The notes beneath the pieces are model-generated. The model had not been told where the DNA came from. It ran no database searches and worked only from the letters and a program-made list of their open reading frames with translations. Shown piece after piece: positions 8,812-17,457 of a DNA stretch of 45,297 bases. Location of the stretch: the NCBI GenBank assembly GCA_001780895.1, contig MFJJ01000014.1, forward strand, positions 1 to 45,297, read 5' to 3'. Within the stretch, counting starts at the first letter, position 1. The number at the start of each line of letters is the position of its first letter. A program made the position numbers and the translations under genes. The DNA is from Candidatus Gottesmanbacteria bacterium RIFCSPHIGHO2_01_FULL_46_14. GTDB taxonomy: Bacteria; Patescibacteriota; Microgenomatia; UBA10105; UBA927.

Positions 8812-9884
8812 ATACTGATTATAGCAGTAATACCAATGGGAATGAGGGTTAACCAGAGCTTGGCTTCGGGTGCCGGAGGGTCCCAGTTGCCGAGGTAAAG
8901 ATATGGAAGGTAACGCAGAAGCAAACCAATAGATACTCCGAGAGAAATAATAAACAGATTGCGCGACCGGGGCAGAAGCGCGACAAAGGGCATAATCCAA
9001 ACCCAATACCAGGGAAGAACTTCCCGATCACGAATGACAAAGAGAAGTCCGGCAAGCATGGCAAATAATGCCCATTTTCTGTTACCGAAAACAGGAAAGA
9101 GTGTAGCTGTCATTAGTTTGAGCCCAACAGAGGCGGCCAACGCAAGCCATGACCGATAGTACCATGCGACCATCGCAATCCCCATCATCACGATGTCGTT
9201 ATGCGGACTTACAACACTTTCTATTAAAATGAGCGGATTTAATGCAAAAATCGTCATACCTACGAACTTATTTTTATGATCCTCCCGGCCCAGTATTTTT
9301 CCAATCATGAATGTAGTTAGGAGGTAAAAGCTGGCAAACAGAAGCTTCATGTTCCACATAGTAAGGAGGAATACCCCAAATCCAAACAGATATGGCGGGA
9401 GTGACAACAAAATCCAAAGTGGCGTGTAGGCACTGGGCAGATGCGTCCAGCGCATGAACGATAACCATGGTTCAATCCCGGTAAGTTGCAACGGAATGAT
9501 GGTATAGGGATTGGTATGATAGACCAAAATTGTTTTTGCCGTAAACATATAATTATAGATGTCATAGGAAAATGCAGGATAGGAAAACAGGAGTATGGCG
9601 CTTATCGTGACGACCAGACGCCAAAAAAACACTTTGGTAAGTTTGCCTTGCCGTGCCAAACCAACTGCCCAAATATAAAGAACAGTCAGAGACGTTAACA
9701 AACCGACAAACAGCCCCGAGGATATGTCTCGGCGGAAATAGCCGATATTTTGAAACGACTTCTGAATAATCTGCCAAACGCTACTACGCGAAAGCGTTAA
9801 ATTAAGATCGACCTGGGTATAGGAATACAGAAAGATTTCCAAAGAAACGAGAATATACAGGAAAAACAATATTCGTTGTTTCAC
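8772..9884 (-). CDS. Polytopic membrane protein, GT87/DUF2029-like putative GT-C glycosyltransferase (370 aa)
   Basis: About 10 TM segments; SYPAFSYDIYNY and HLPSAYTPLW resemble the DUF2029/GT87 family. The proposed start is GTG at 9882-9884, forming a GTGA overlap with the stop of the upstream GT2. The tracked start at 9989 would lie inside that gene. The family call is tentative. Confidence 0.45.
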   Translation of the reverse strand: MKQRILFFLYILVSLEIFLYSYTQVDLNLTLSRSSVWQIIQKSFQNIGYFRRDISSGLFVGLLTSLTVLYIWAVGLARQGKLTKVFFWRLVVTISAILLFSYPAFSYDIYNYMFTAKTILVYHTNPYTIIPLQLTGIEPWLSFMRWTHLPSAYTPLWILLSLPPYLFGFGVFLLTMWNMKLLFASFYLLTTFMIGKILGREDHKNKFVGMTIFALNPLILIESVVSPHNDIVMMGIAMVAWYYRSWLALAASVGLKLMTATLFPVFGNRKWALFAMLAGLLFVIRDREVLPWYWVWIMPFVALLPRSRNLFIISLGVSIGLLLRYLPYLYLGNWDPPAPEAKLWLTLIPIGITAIISIWHEVAGSFSRSS

Positions 9885-10633
9885 TGGTAAACTCCCTTCC
9901 ACGCGTTTATCCGTATTGCAACAATATCGGTAAGTCCCTGCCATGAATCGACAATAGGATTGACTCTCCTGGTTTCCACATAATGCCATTCGACGGAGAC
10001 TTCACGGATTTTTAACCCCAGTCGTTTTGCAATGTACAAAAACTCGATATCAAATCCAGCCGTAACCATACTGCCGCTCACTTCATGCCCCGAACCATAC
10101 AGACTCAGGCGATCCAAAATCCTAATACCCTGCTCTCGTTTAAATGCTTTAAATCCGCACTGCGTATCGTTTATTCCCGATAACCCCAGAATAAAACTCC
10201 GAAGGATCATAAATCCCCGCGCCATAATACGGCGTAACAGCGGAGCGCCTTCCCGCCTGCTGCTTCGTGATCCAATGACCACATCAAATCCCCGCTCAAA
10301 CCAAGGGAAAATTTTTTCTACTTGCGACAGTGGTGTTGCCTGATCCAAATCGGAAAATAATACCAGTTCTCCCCGACTTGCCCGAACCCCGGTCGTAACG
10401 GTGGCAGCTTTCCCCTGATGCGGGTTATGGACAACGCTAAACCCGTGGTTTTGGCGTGAAAACTCGTCAATAAGCTGAGCAGTTCCGTCGGTACTCCCAT
10501 CATCAACAACAATCACTTCCCATGTATAGTGGACGCTCTCCAAGTAGTGAGACACTTTATCGAGCGCCCCAAGACGAATATTGGTTTCCTCATTAAATGC
10601 CGGAATGACGATGGATAAAAGAATAGGCTTCAT
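9881..10633 (-). CDS. GT2 polyprenyl-phosphate glycosyltransferase-like (Dpm1/ALG5 type, 250 aa)
   Basis: The tracked start at 10651 is TTG; the first ATG is at 10631-10633 (MKPILLSIVIPAFNEETNI). Motifs: VVDDGSTDGT, SDLDQATP, TQCGFKAF. Confidence 0.8.
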   Translation of the reverse strand: MKPILLSIVIPAFNEETNIRLGALDKVSHYLESVHYTWEVIVVDDGSTDGTAQLIDEFSRQNHGFSVVHNPHQGKAATVTTGVRASRGELVLFSDLDQATPLSQVEKIFPWFERGFDVVIGSRSSRREGAPLLRRIMARGFMILRSFILGLSGINDTQCGFKAFKREQGIRILDRLSLYGSGHEVSGSMVTAGFDIEFLYIAKRLGLKIREVSVEWHYVETRRVNPIVDSWQGLTDIVAIRINAWKGVYQ

Positions 10634-10638
10634 ATCAT

Positions 10639-10660
10639 TAAAATGATTCAAATCATTTTA
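10639..10660. promoter_or_regulatory. Perfect 22-bp palindrome TAAAATGATTCAAATCATTTTA (copy 2 of 3)
   Basis: Read directly. It lies in the 48-nt gap between the ArnT-like gene stop (10682) and ATG 10633 of the GT2 gene, 5 nt upstream of that ATG. Confidence 0.5.
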
Positions 10661-10681
10661 TAATTCATTTGAGATTTATTT

Positions 10682-12196
10682 CTACTCTTGATAATGAACA
10701 AGTTTATAAATGCGCACAAATGGTACGTCCCATGATCCTGCCACTTCCGCTCTTCCAAATCCTGCAATTTCCCAAAGCGGATGACCGAGGGGCTGACAAA
10801 GCGTATTATCACAGAGTACCAAGAGTTGATCTGTTATTGTTTTCCTCTCCGGGTCTTTCTGGGGAAACTCTATCGTTACGGGCGGATTTCCCCAAATTTC
10901 AAAAAAGTATCGGAACGCGTGATCGGAGTTTCTGTCGGCAAGGAGGGCAAAATTAAACGGCTTGCCTCCTGTTTTCTCGAACACCGCCTGGGCGATACGT
11001 TTGGATTGTTCAAGCTGATTATTTGGCGGAAATTGAAATGGTTGGCCCAACCAGTTAAACCACAAAAGAACAGCAAGAAGCCCGAGACCTGCAACAAGTC
11101 CGGCGCGCGTTTTACTGAGTAACGCTACAAGTAGTCCTGCGACTAAAAATGGCAGCGCAAAAAAAATACCGAGGTAATAATCATAGATTGGTCCCTTATA
11201 AAATCCAAACAGGATAATTACAACCGCGTACCATACAAGAAGAAGCTTGGCGGCAAGATTCTTCCGGAAAACTATGAGTGTACCCAGTCCAACAAAAATG
11301 AGAATCCGAATACTGATAAGCCAAAACGTCTTCGGCCAAAATCTTAGGATATTCCAAATTTCGGGTTGCGGTAGACGAATGACAAGCCGGCCAAATAATC
11401 GAAACGTTACTTCGTTCATAGTGCCAAAAAATTGGGCCAGAGAAAATCCCGTGTCCTTACCACTGCCAATATAACGAATGATCGTCTGGGTATTGGGGAA
11501 TCCTTTAAGGATTTCAAATGCGAGGAACGGACTAAATCCAGCAATTAAACCGCCGACCGCATAGAAATAATAACGGAGATTGGATTTTTGCCAACCAGTT
11601 AACGCGCACCAAACAATAACGACACCGATGAGAAATAAAAAGAGATAATGAAGCTGGAGTCCTATACCCAGGACAATCCCCACCCAGAAGAGAAGATATT
11701 TTTCTTTTTTTACCGTTGATCGCCAGAGCAGATAAATGAGAAGGGTCGAAAAAAACGGAACGACATTTGGGTTCCACGAAGAACGGGACATAGCAATAAC
11801 GAGCGGAGAAAGTGTATAGAGACTGGCCGCTGCCAATCCCGCCCGCGTACCAAAAAAATCCCGACCAACCAGATACATGAGATACACCGTGGCAACACCA
11901 AATAATGCAACCATGACAGCAGGCCCGGCCGGATCGAGATTCCAGAGCCATAAGAACGGCACCATGAAATAGTAATAAATAGGGCCTAAATAAAACCCGC
12001 CCACAGAAGCCGTGGGCCCGAGAAGTGTCAAATCGTGGTCGACAATCATGCGTTTGACGATGAGAACGTCGCGGCCTTCATCACCCAAAAACGTCATATA
12101 TTCTGAAATCCTATTGAGTCTTAAATAGGCTGCGACAAAAAGAATACCGATAAGGACGAGTGAAGGAAAATATCGACGAATCGTTACTTTTTCCAT
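10682..12196 (-). CDS. GT-C glycosyltransferase, ArnT/PMT_2-like (504 aa)
   Basis: Start trimmed to ATG 12194-12196 (MEKVTIRRYFPSLVLIGILFVAAYLRL). The first loop has FLGDEGRDVLIV (DE motif), with about 12 TM segments and a C-terminal soluble domain. It overlaps the GT2-GtrA gene by 13 nt. Confidence 0.7.
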   Translation of the reverse strand: MEKVTIRRYFPSLVLIGILFVAAYLRLNRISEYMTFLGDEGRDVLIVKRMIVDHDLTLLGPTASVGGFYLGPIYYYFMVPFLWLWNLDPAGPAVMVALFGVATVYLMYLVGRDFFGTRAGLAAASLYTLSPLVIAMSRSSWNPNVVPFFSTLLIYLLWRSTVKKEKYLLFWVGIVLGIGLQLHYLFLFLIGVVIVWCALTGWQKSNLRYYFYAVGGLIAGFSPFLAFEILKGFPNTQTIIRYIGSGKDTGFSLAQFFGTMNEVTFRLFGRLVIRLPQPEIWNILRFWPKTFWLISIRILIFVGLGTLIVFRKNLAAKLLLVWYAVVIILFGFYKGPIYDYYLGIFFALPFLVAGLLVALLSKTRAGLVAGLGLLAVLLWFNWLGQPFQFPPNNQLEQSKRIAQAVFEKTGGKPFNFALLADRNSDHAFRYFFEIWGNPPVTIEFPQKDPERKTITDQLLVLCDNTLCQPLGHPLWEIAGFGRAEVAGSWDVPFVRIYKLVHYQE

Positions 12197-13299
12197 ATTA
12201 CCTTGGAATACATCATATAGTTCCATGCAATTCCCACTATGGTGCCGAGAATGTAAAACAGTCGATATGAGCTGACACCGAACAGATATGATCCTATCCA
12301 AATAGTCGTTGCCTGGATAACCACCGCGCCAATAGAGGAAATATTAAACTGAACAAATTTTGCTGCGGTCCGTCGTTTTCCCCCGATTTTTCGTTCCCGA
12401 AATGTCCATGCGTTATTGAAGAAAAAATTTGAAATTATGGTGACCTCCGCTCCAACGACACTTCCGACGACCGGATGGAATCCAAACGCGACAAGCGCTT
12501 CGAGAATAACCGTGTTTATGACAAATCCGATCGTTCCGACGACAACAAACTTCCCAAATGACCCGGCAAACAACGGTCGCACTCGCTCGCGGCCAATGTA
12601 GAAAAAAATATTCTTGATATATTCCGATGGAGCGATTTTTGAATGCCCGTGCATTCGATCGGTAAAATGAATGGGGACCTCTCCAATACGTGCCCCATGA
12701 AGAATGGATTTGTGTAAAAACGCGATTTGAAATACATACCCGCTATAATTTTCGAGTTCGTCCTCGAGCATGCGAACATATTTGGGAGTATAGAGTCGAT
12801 ACCCCCCGGTCCAGTCATGAACATGAGTTTGTCCTAAACCAAAACGGACGATGCTATTGCCAATCACGCTATAAATCTTTCGGAGTACCGCCCAATTTTT
12901 CGGTATCGACCCCCCTGGAATATAGCGGCTCCCCACGACAAAGTCAGCGCCCTCTTCAAACTTTTTAAAGAAGGCAGGTAATGCTTTTGGATCGTGAGAC
13001 AGATCAGCATCCATTTGCACAATGACATCTGCCCCAAGCGTACCGATGGCATAGCGCATTCCCCTCAGGATCCCTTTTCCAAGCCCAAGTTTAGGACCAC
13101 TCGTCAAATAAACGTTTTTATGAGTTTTCTGATAAAAACCAACGACAGCAGCTGTCCCGTCGGGAGAGAAATCGTCGACAACAAGAATGAAAAAAGTATA
13201 TCCGGCTATCTGGCGACACACACCAAGAATCAGATCGAGCATCGGTACAATGTTTTCCCGCTCGTTATACGTGGGAAGAATGACGACAGCTTTTGGCAT
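12184..13299 (-). CDS. Fusion of a GT2 polyprenyl-phosphate sugar synthase (Dpm1/GtrB-like) with a C-terminal GtrA-like 4-TM domain (371 aa)
   Basis: The N-terminal half has VVILPTYNERENI, VVDDFSPDGT and MDADLSHDP. The C-terminal ~125 aa (FGKFVVVGTIGFVINTVILEALV...NFFFNNAWTFRE...YSKVIWKK) match the GtrA family signature. Confidence 0.8.
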   Translation of the reverse strand: MPKAVVILPTYNERENIVPMLDLILGVCRQIAGYTFFILVVDDFSPDGTAAVVGFYQKTHKNVYLTSGPKLGLGKGILRGMRYAIGTLGADVIVQMDADLSHDPKALPAFFKKFEEGADFVVGSRYIPGGSIPKNWAVLRKIYSVIGNSIVRFGLGQTHVHDWTGGYRLYTPKYVRMLEDELENYSGYVFQIAFLHKSILHGARIGEVPIHFTDRMHGHSKIAPSEYIKNIFFYIGRERVRPLFAGSFGKFVVVGTIGFVINTVILEALVAFGFHPVVGSVVGAEVTIISNFFFNNAWTFRERKIGGKRRTAAKFVQFNISSIGAVVIQATTIWIGSYLFGVSSYRLFYILGTIVGIAWNYMMYSKVIWKK

Positions 13300-13320
13300 T
13301 ATCCACTAAGTATACGATTC

Positions 13321-14277
13321 TTATACGCGCTCTCGCCAGTAGTTGAGGAGGTCTTCCATTGTTTTCTCAAACGGAACCGTCGGCTTCCATCCGGTTTTTT
13401 CGACGAATTTACTATTGTCCCCTACTAATACCGGTACGTCGGATGGGCGCATTCTGGAGGAATCCTGTTTGATGGCAACCTTGGCAGTGCTATATGATAA
13501 GAGTAAATTGAGCATGTCGCCGATTTTCGGAGCCTTACCGACGCAGATGTTGTAGACTTCGCCCGGCTCGCAGATTTCAACTGCCATCTTATACGCCCGC
13601 ACCATATCACGAACGTCCGTGTAGTCGCGTCTTGCTTCGAGGTTTCCGACCCAAACGATGGGCTGTTGCTTTCCTTTTTCGATAAGCGCTATTTGCTTGG
13701 CAAAATTCGACTCGGCAAATGTCTCCCCCCTCCTTGGCCCGGTATGATTAAACCCGCGGGTACGTACAATTCTCACTTTGTATGACTGGTAATATTGATA
13801 TCCCAAATAGTCCATCGCAACTTTGGAAACTGCATACGGCGAAAGCGGCCGCAGGGGATTAGTTTCATGAATGGGAATTTCGTTTTCATTTACCAATCCA
13901 TATTCTTCCGATGAACACGCTATTTGAACAACAGGATCAATGTCTGCTTGCCTGACTGCTTCAAATAAATTGGCAGAACCCACGATGTTTACTTCAAGCG
14001 TCACCGATGGTGATACCCAAGACGTAGGGACAAAGGATTGAGCGGCCAGGTGAAAAATATATTCAGGCTTAACCCGGGAGATTGTCGTATAGAGCGAATG
14101 GGAATCAAGCAGATCTGCATCTTCCAGATGTAATTGATTGGCGATGTGATCGATGTGGTCGCGTTTTGTCCGGGGTCTGCATATACCATAGACTTCGTAT
14201 CCTTCGGATAAGAGAAGCTCCGCCAGGTGACTTCCCACAAATCCTGCAATACCGGTAATAAGTGCTTTTTTTGCCAT
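13321..14277 (-). CDS. SDR of the GDP-mannose 4,6-dehydratase / GDP-6-deoxy-D-mannose reductase (GMD/RMD) family (318 aa)
   Basis: Motifs: ITGIAGFVGSHL Rossmann, PYAVSK (YxxxK), GFNHTGPRRGETF, FAKQIALIE and VGNLEARRDYTDVRD. The last two resemble RMD-type enzymes more than classical GMD. Confidence 0.7.
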   Translation of the reverse strand: MAKKALITGIAGFVGSHLAELLLSEGYEVYGICRPRTKRDHIDHIANQLHLEDADLLDSHSLYTTISRVKPEYIFHLAAQSFVPTSWVSPSVTLEVNIVGSANLFEAVRQADIDPVVQIACSSEEYGLVNENEIPIHETNPLRPLSPYAVSKVAMDYLGYQYYQSYKVRIVRTRGFNHTGPRRGETFAESNFAKQIALIEKGKQQPIVWVGNLEARRDYTDVRDMVRAYKMAVEICEPGEVYNICVGKAPKIGDMLNLLLSYSTAKVAIKQDSSRMRPSDVPVLVGDNSKFVEKTGWKPTVPFEKTMEDLLNYWRERV

Positions 14278-14278
14278 A

Positions 14279-15577
14279 CTACATCCTTCCTACACCATAG
14301 TACATGAATCCTAGGTTTTTGACACTAACCGGTTCATAGATATTTCTTCCGTCAAATATCACTCTTCCTTTCATTTCGCGGGCCAGCCGAACCAAATCAA
14401 GTTGTCGGAATTCATTCCATTCAGTCACCACAACAGCAGCATCCGCCCCATGTGCTGCGTCATAGGCGTTTTTTGCGTACTTTACGGTCCCGGGTAACAA
14501 AAGCTTTGCATTTTCCATCGCGACAGGATCATACGATATCACCGAAGCACCTTTGGCAAGTAATCCCTTGATAATCTCAATTGAGGGAGCTTCCCGCATA
14601 TCATCGGTATTGGGTTTAAAGGCGAGTCCCAACACTGCAATCGTTTTGCCTTTACAATTGCCTTTAAAGTGTTTACTAATTTTGTCTACAAAATGTCTCA
14701 TCATATATGTATTGACTGAATCAACTGCCTTAAGGAGCGCAAAGTCATAGTTATGCTCTGAGGCAATCGCGATTAATGCCTTGACGTCTTTGGGGAAACA
14801 GCTCCCGCCGTAGCCAACGCCCGGATACATAAAGCTTCTGCCGATTCGGTGATCTAAGCCGACTCCCTCCAATACTTTTTCGACATCGGCGCCCACTTTT
14901 TCTGCTATCAGCGCAATAGCATTGGCAAACGAAATTTTGGTCGATAGCATGGAGTTAGATGCGTATTTAATAAGCTCGGCTGTCTCAGGATTGCACAGTA
15001 CTTTTTCACCACTTATCGATGTGTGCAGCTCTAAAAGGAGCGCTTGGGCGCGTGTACTTGTCGTGCCAATAATAACGCGATCGGGATGGAGCGTATCGTC
15101 AATTGCCGTTCCCTCCCGCAAAAACTCCGGCACAGATGCTATAGCAAACGATGTCCCCTCGGGTTTATGACGGTTTAAAATATCGGTTACTTTCTTGTTT
15201 GTACCGGGCGGAACGGTGCTTTTTGTGGCGATAACTTTGTATCCTACCAATGATTTTCCGATTTTTTCGGTGGCATCAAAAACACTCGTAAGGTCCGCTT
15301 CACCATTTGTTTTTGGCGGAGTACCAACGCAGATAAACACAATTTCCGAAGGCTCAACTGCATCTGCAAAATCAAGGGTAAATATCAATCGACCCGCATC
15401 AACGTTTCGTTTCACCAACTCTTCAAGCCCGGGCTCATAAAACGGTGCGATTCCTTTTTTAAGCTTATCGATTTTTTCCTTGGTTCTCCCGACGACCCAA
15501 ACGGTGTTACCCAAATCGGCAAATACTGCCGCTGTAACAAGACCTACATATCCATGACCAATAAACGCAATAGTCAT
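14279..15577 (-). CDS. ugd: UDP-glucose 6-dehydrogenase (432 aa)
   Basis: Motifs: IAFIGHGYVGLVTA, the catalytic GGSCFPKDV, and LGLAFKPNTDDMREAP. Confidence 0.9.
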   Translation of the reverse strand: MTIAFIGHGYVGLVTAAVFADLGNTVWVVGRTKEKIDKLKKGIAPFYEPGLEELVKRNVDAGRLIFTLDFADAVEPSEIVFICVGTPPKTNGEADLTSVFDATEKIGKSLVGYKVIATKSTVPPGTNKKVTDILNRHKPEGTSFAIASVPEFLREGTAIDDTLHPDRVIIGTTSTRAQALLLELHTSISGEKVLCNPETAELIKYASNSMLSTKISFANAIALIAEKVGADVEKVLEGVGLDHRIGRSFMYPGVGYGGSCFPKDVKALIAIASEHNYDFALLKAVDSVNTYMMRHFVDKISKHFKGNCKGKTIAVLGLAFKPNTDDMREAPSIEIIKGLLAKGASVISYDPVAMENAKLLLPGTVKYAKNAYDAAHGADAAVVVTEWNEFRQLDLVRLAREMKGRVIFDGRNIYEPVSVKNLGFMYYGVGRM

Positions 15578-16422
15578 AAAACTTTTATTTTTTCCAGTCC
15601 TTCATCAAAAGAGTGCATTTGTACACCGAATTTTCCTATTTTATCACTTTTAAGTACGGCCCGCTTGGGTCGTGGTGCGCGTCCCCGAAAGTATTCTTCA
15701 AACGATGTTTTTTCAACGAGTGACGCATCCAAATCATATGCTGCTGCTATTTTTTTGGCCGCCTCGTATGGGGAAAGTGCCTGTGTTCCTACCACATGAT
15801 AGATACCGGAAGCATTTCTCTCTATCAGTTTTTCGATAGCAAAGGCAATATCATCGATAAATGTTGGCACAAAAAGCTGATCAGTCGGCGCCTGAATAGA
15901 TTCCTCTCCCGAAAGCCTACCTATAATTTTTTTTACAAAATCTGGTTTATCCGCGATTTTTCTGTATGGGTTTGCTATGCGGACAATAATCCCATCCTCT
16001 CCGACCCGCTTCTCGCCCTCATGCTTGGTTTTTGCGTACCAGCCCTGCGGATTGGGGAGATCTTCTTCAGAATATGTATCTTTTGTTCCGTCGAACACGT
16101 AGTCTGTGGATATATACAAAAGCCTTTTTCCCATTGTCTTACAAACAGAAACAATACGTTCTGTTGCGGTGACGTTGACAATCCAGGTCGGGCTTTTTTC
16201 GCCCAAAGCGGCTTCAGATTCTGCACCATCGACATCGGTCTTGGCGGCAAAATGAAAAACCCATGGTGCATCACTTTTTTTAATATGTTCCTCTACAGTG
16301 GATTTATTCGTGATATCGATGCCCGTATCGAGGCTCAAATCGGTAAATGAGTGACGCGGGAACAAAAGTTCAACAACACGGGAACCAACTAAACCAGATA
16401 ATCCAGTACCAATTATATTCAT
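15574..16422 (-). CDS. rfbD: dTDP-4-dehydrorhamnose reductase-like SDR (282 aa)
   Basis: Motifs: IGTGLSGLVGSRV, ISTDYVFDG and WYAKTKHEGE (YxxxK). It lies in an rml gene context. Confidence 0.7.
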   Translation of the reverse strand: MNIIGTGLSGLVGSRVVELLFPRHSFTDLSLDTGIDITNKSTVEEHIKKSDAPWVFHFAAKTDVDGAESEAALGEKSPTWIVNVTATERIVSVCKTMGKRLLYISTDYVFDGTKDTYSEEDLPNPQGWYAKTKHEGEKRVGEDGIIVRIANPYRKIADKPDFVKKIIGRLSGEESIQAPTDQLFVPTFIDDIAFAIEKLIERNASGIYHVVGTQALSPYEAAKKIAAAYDLDASLVEKTSFEEYFRGRAPRPKRAVLKSDKIGKFGVQMHSFDEGLEKIKVL

Positions 16423-16433
16423 AGGAGATAGTG

Positions 16434-16469
16434 AAGGCTGAGCCTTGAAGTACCCTAAGGCTCAGCCTT
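16434..16469 (-). other. Perfect 13-bp-stem / 10-nt-loop inverted repeat overlapping the rfbB stop codon
   Basis: Plus strand reads AAGGCTGAGCCTT (16434-16446), GAAGTACCCT, AAGGCTCAGCCTT (16457-16469). The TGA of rfbB is at 16462-16464. No U-tract follows on the mRNA strand (CACUAUCUCCUAUG). Confidence 0.6.
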
Positions 16470-17454
16470 TGTGTTTTCCGGGCCGAGCCTTAAGTGCTCT
16501 CCACCAAGACTCATTGTCTTTATACCATTGGACCGTTTTACTTAACCACGTATCAAAATCATGAGCCGGCTTCCAACTTAATTCTTTGTTGATTTTGCTC
16601 CAGTCCATTGCATAGCGCCTATCGTGGCCGGACCGATCGGTAACATACTCGATCATCGATTCGTCTTTACCTAAATATTTGATAATTTTTTTGATCACAC
16701 TAAGATTACTTATGTCACTCGTCATTCCACCAACACAGTATGTTTCTCCAATTTTCCCTTTTAAAAGCACTGCTTCAATAGCACGGCAATGATCTTCTAC
16801 ATAAAGCCAATCGCGTACGTACTTCCCGTCTCCGTAGACCGGAACTTTTTTGCCTTCCAGAAGATTGGTGATAGCCAAAGGAATAAGTTTTTCGGGAAAT
16901 TGGAAGGGGCCGAAGTTATTGGAACAGTTGGTAATCGTAATAGGCAAGCCGTACGTATGATAATACGCATTTACTAAATGATCTGACCCAGCTTTACTTG
17001 CTGAATATGGACTTCTGGGATCATATTTTGTTCGTTCACTAAATTTACCCGGACGCTCAAGCTCAAGCGATCCGAACACTTCATCGGTAGATATATGATG
17101 AAATCTCTTAATTTTGTTTTTTAAGGCAGATTCTAAAAGAACATGAGTACCAACAACATTTGTTTGCACAAAAGGAGAGGGGCCGGTAATCGATCGATCC
17201 ACATGGCTTTCTGCAGCAAAATGGATGACCATATCTATATTGTTCATGGCGCGGGCGACAACTTCAGCATCACAAATATCGCCATGAATAAACTTATAGG
17301 TAGAATTTTTTTCTACTTCTTTTAGATTCTCCAGATTTCCGGCATAGGTAAGTTTATCGAGGTTAACAACCAAATCCTCGGGATGCTGATTCATCCAGTA
17401 AAGAATAAAATTCGACCCGATAAATCCTGCGCCCCCAGTTACGAGAAGTTTCAT
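16462..17454 (-). CDS. rfbB: dTDP-glucose 4,6-dehydratase (330 aa)
   Basis: Motifs: MKLLVTGGAGFIGSNF, DKLTYAGN, ISTDEVFG, YSASKAGSDHLV. Confidence 0.9.
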   Translation of the reverse strand: MKLLVTGGAGFIGSNFILYWMNQHPEDLVVNLDKLTYAGNLENLKEVEKNSTYKFIHGDICDAEVVARAMNNIDMVIHFAAESHVDRSITGPSPFVQTNVVGTHVLLESALKNKIKRFHHISTDEVFGSLELERPGKFSERTKYDPRSPYSASKAGSDHLVNAYYHTYGLPITITNCSNNFGPFQFPEKLIPLAITNLLEGKKVPVYGDGKYVRDWLYVEDHCRAIEAVLLKGKIGETYCVGGMTSDISNLSVIKKIIKYLGKDESMIEYVTDRSGHDRRYAMDWSKINKELSWKPAHDFDTWLSKTVQWYKDNESWWRALKARPGKHKG

Positions 17455-17457
17455 AAA

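Noticed and set aside
7318-9006. Long N-terminal extensions in the ORF track (starts at 9006, 7436, 12301, 22487, 9989, 4187, 21126, 19085, 28474, 29000, 39636, 40280, 40892, 41740)
   Set aside because: The extensions run into the upstream gene and lack TM or signal features. They are followed by an internal ATG that gives a canonical family N-terminus, often in an ATGA overlap. At least three tracked 'M' starts (1093, 10651, 30133) are TTG codons on inspection.
13300-13320. Promoter in the 21-nt gap upstream of the GT2-GtrA gene (TATACT 9 nt before the ATG)
   Set aside because: There is a -10-like hexamer only. The best -35 at 17-18 nt is TGGCGA (poor match) and lies in the upstream coding sequence. 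This is too weak to list as a feature.
16434-16469. The rfbB/rfbD hairpin as a rho-independent terminator
   Set aside because: The stem is strong, but the 3' flank on the mRNA is CACUAUCUCCUAUG, with no U-tract. rfbD starts 11 nt later, so a full terminator would orphan rfbD. I kept it as a structured element of unknown role.
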